64,000 nucleotides of DNA from assembly GCA_038496445.1 (NCBI GenBank), contig JALMLS010000579.1, forward strand, positions 443,095 through 507,094, read 5' to 3'. Below are positions 63,667 to 64,000 of the stretch, in pieces. The position numbers were made by a program, and so were the translations under genes. The notes under the pieces are model-generated. The model made no database searches. It was not told where the DNA came from and saw only the letters and a program-made list of their open reading frames with translations. The DNA is from Trichosphaerium sp. ATCC 40318. Taxonomy: Eukaryota; Protista; Tubulinea. The first letter of the stretch is position 1. Each line of letters opens with the position of its first letter.

Positions 63667-64000
63667 CTATTGTTCATGTAAGTGTACAGTATTAGCGAGC
63701 ATAGTTCCTGTAAAAAAAAACTGAATGTTTGAGTGACCTATTTGCATCAGAAATGTAATCTGTATTCTATGTGGTCCTTGAGTAATACGACCCATGTTCA
63801 CATAAAGATCAGTCCACTCTTGCCATCCTAGGAACAAGTGAGAAGAACCAAAACAGTACAACACGTGTCATCACGTTCAGAGACTCTAACAGGTAGAAAT
63901 ATTAGTCTCGTTACCTCCTGATCCACGTAATACTGCTGTATTGCTGACAGAACCAACTTGAACTCCTGATTATACTTTCTGTATTTATTGCAGAAGCAAC
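63667..64000 (-). CDS. 3' end of a gene encoding a CBM6/CBM35-like carbohydrate-binding domain (partial)
   Basis: Spliced GSGGWQEWTDLYVNMGRITQGPHRIQITF matches the CBM6 GGWQxW...GxHxLxLxF signature. Confidence 0.6.

Overview
Gene-dense, AT-rich (roughly 35% GC by eye) eukaryotic nuclear DNA, most likely from an amoeboid protist. It has many very short GT-AG introns (mostly about 35-70 nt, donors GTACGT/GTAAGT/GTATGT), so the six-frame ORF track fragments most genes; I reconstructed exons by hand and all family assignments come from motif recognition, not database searches. About 28 genes or pseudogenes are recognisable: alpha/beta hydrolase, MICAL-like FAD monooxygenase, SAM-F-box-LRR, frameshifted BTB protein, PQ-loop transporter, MYND finger, bacterial-type aldolase-SDR fusion, F-box-LRR, two F-box/MORN2-repeat genes, aldo-keto reductase plus an inverted partial copy, ARM-DH-PH RhoGEF, reprolysin-ricin protease, several Cys-rich surface proteins, a GNAT ending in SKL, kanadaptin and a CBM6 fragment. 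Three observations stand out. (1) A spliced gene fuses an AMPK-beta-type glycogen-binding CBM48 domain to a complete Rnl2/RNA-editing-type RNA ligase. (2) A DENN Rab-GEF carries an in-frame C-terminal TRAPP Trs33/TRAPPC6-like domain. (3) The palindrome CACGTG is roughly 9-fold over-represented across the window. No rRNA, tRNA, CRISPR array or autonomous transposon was found.
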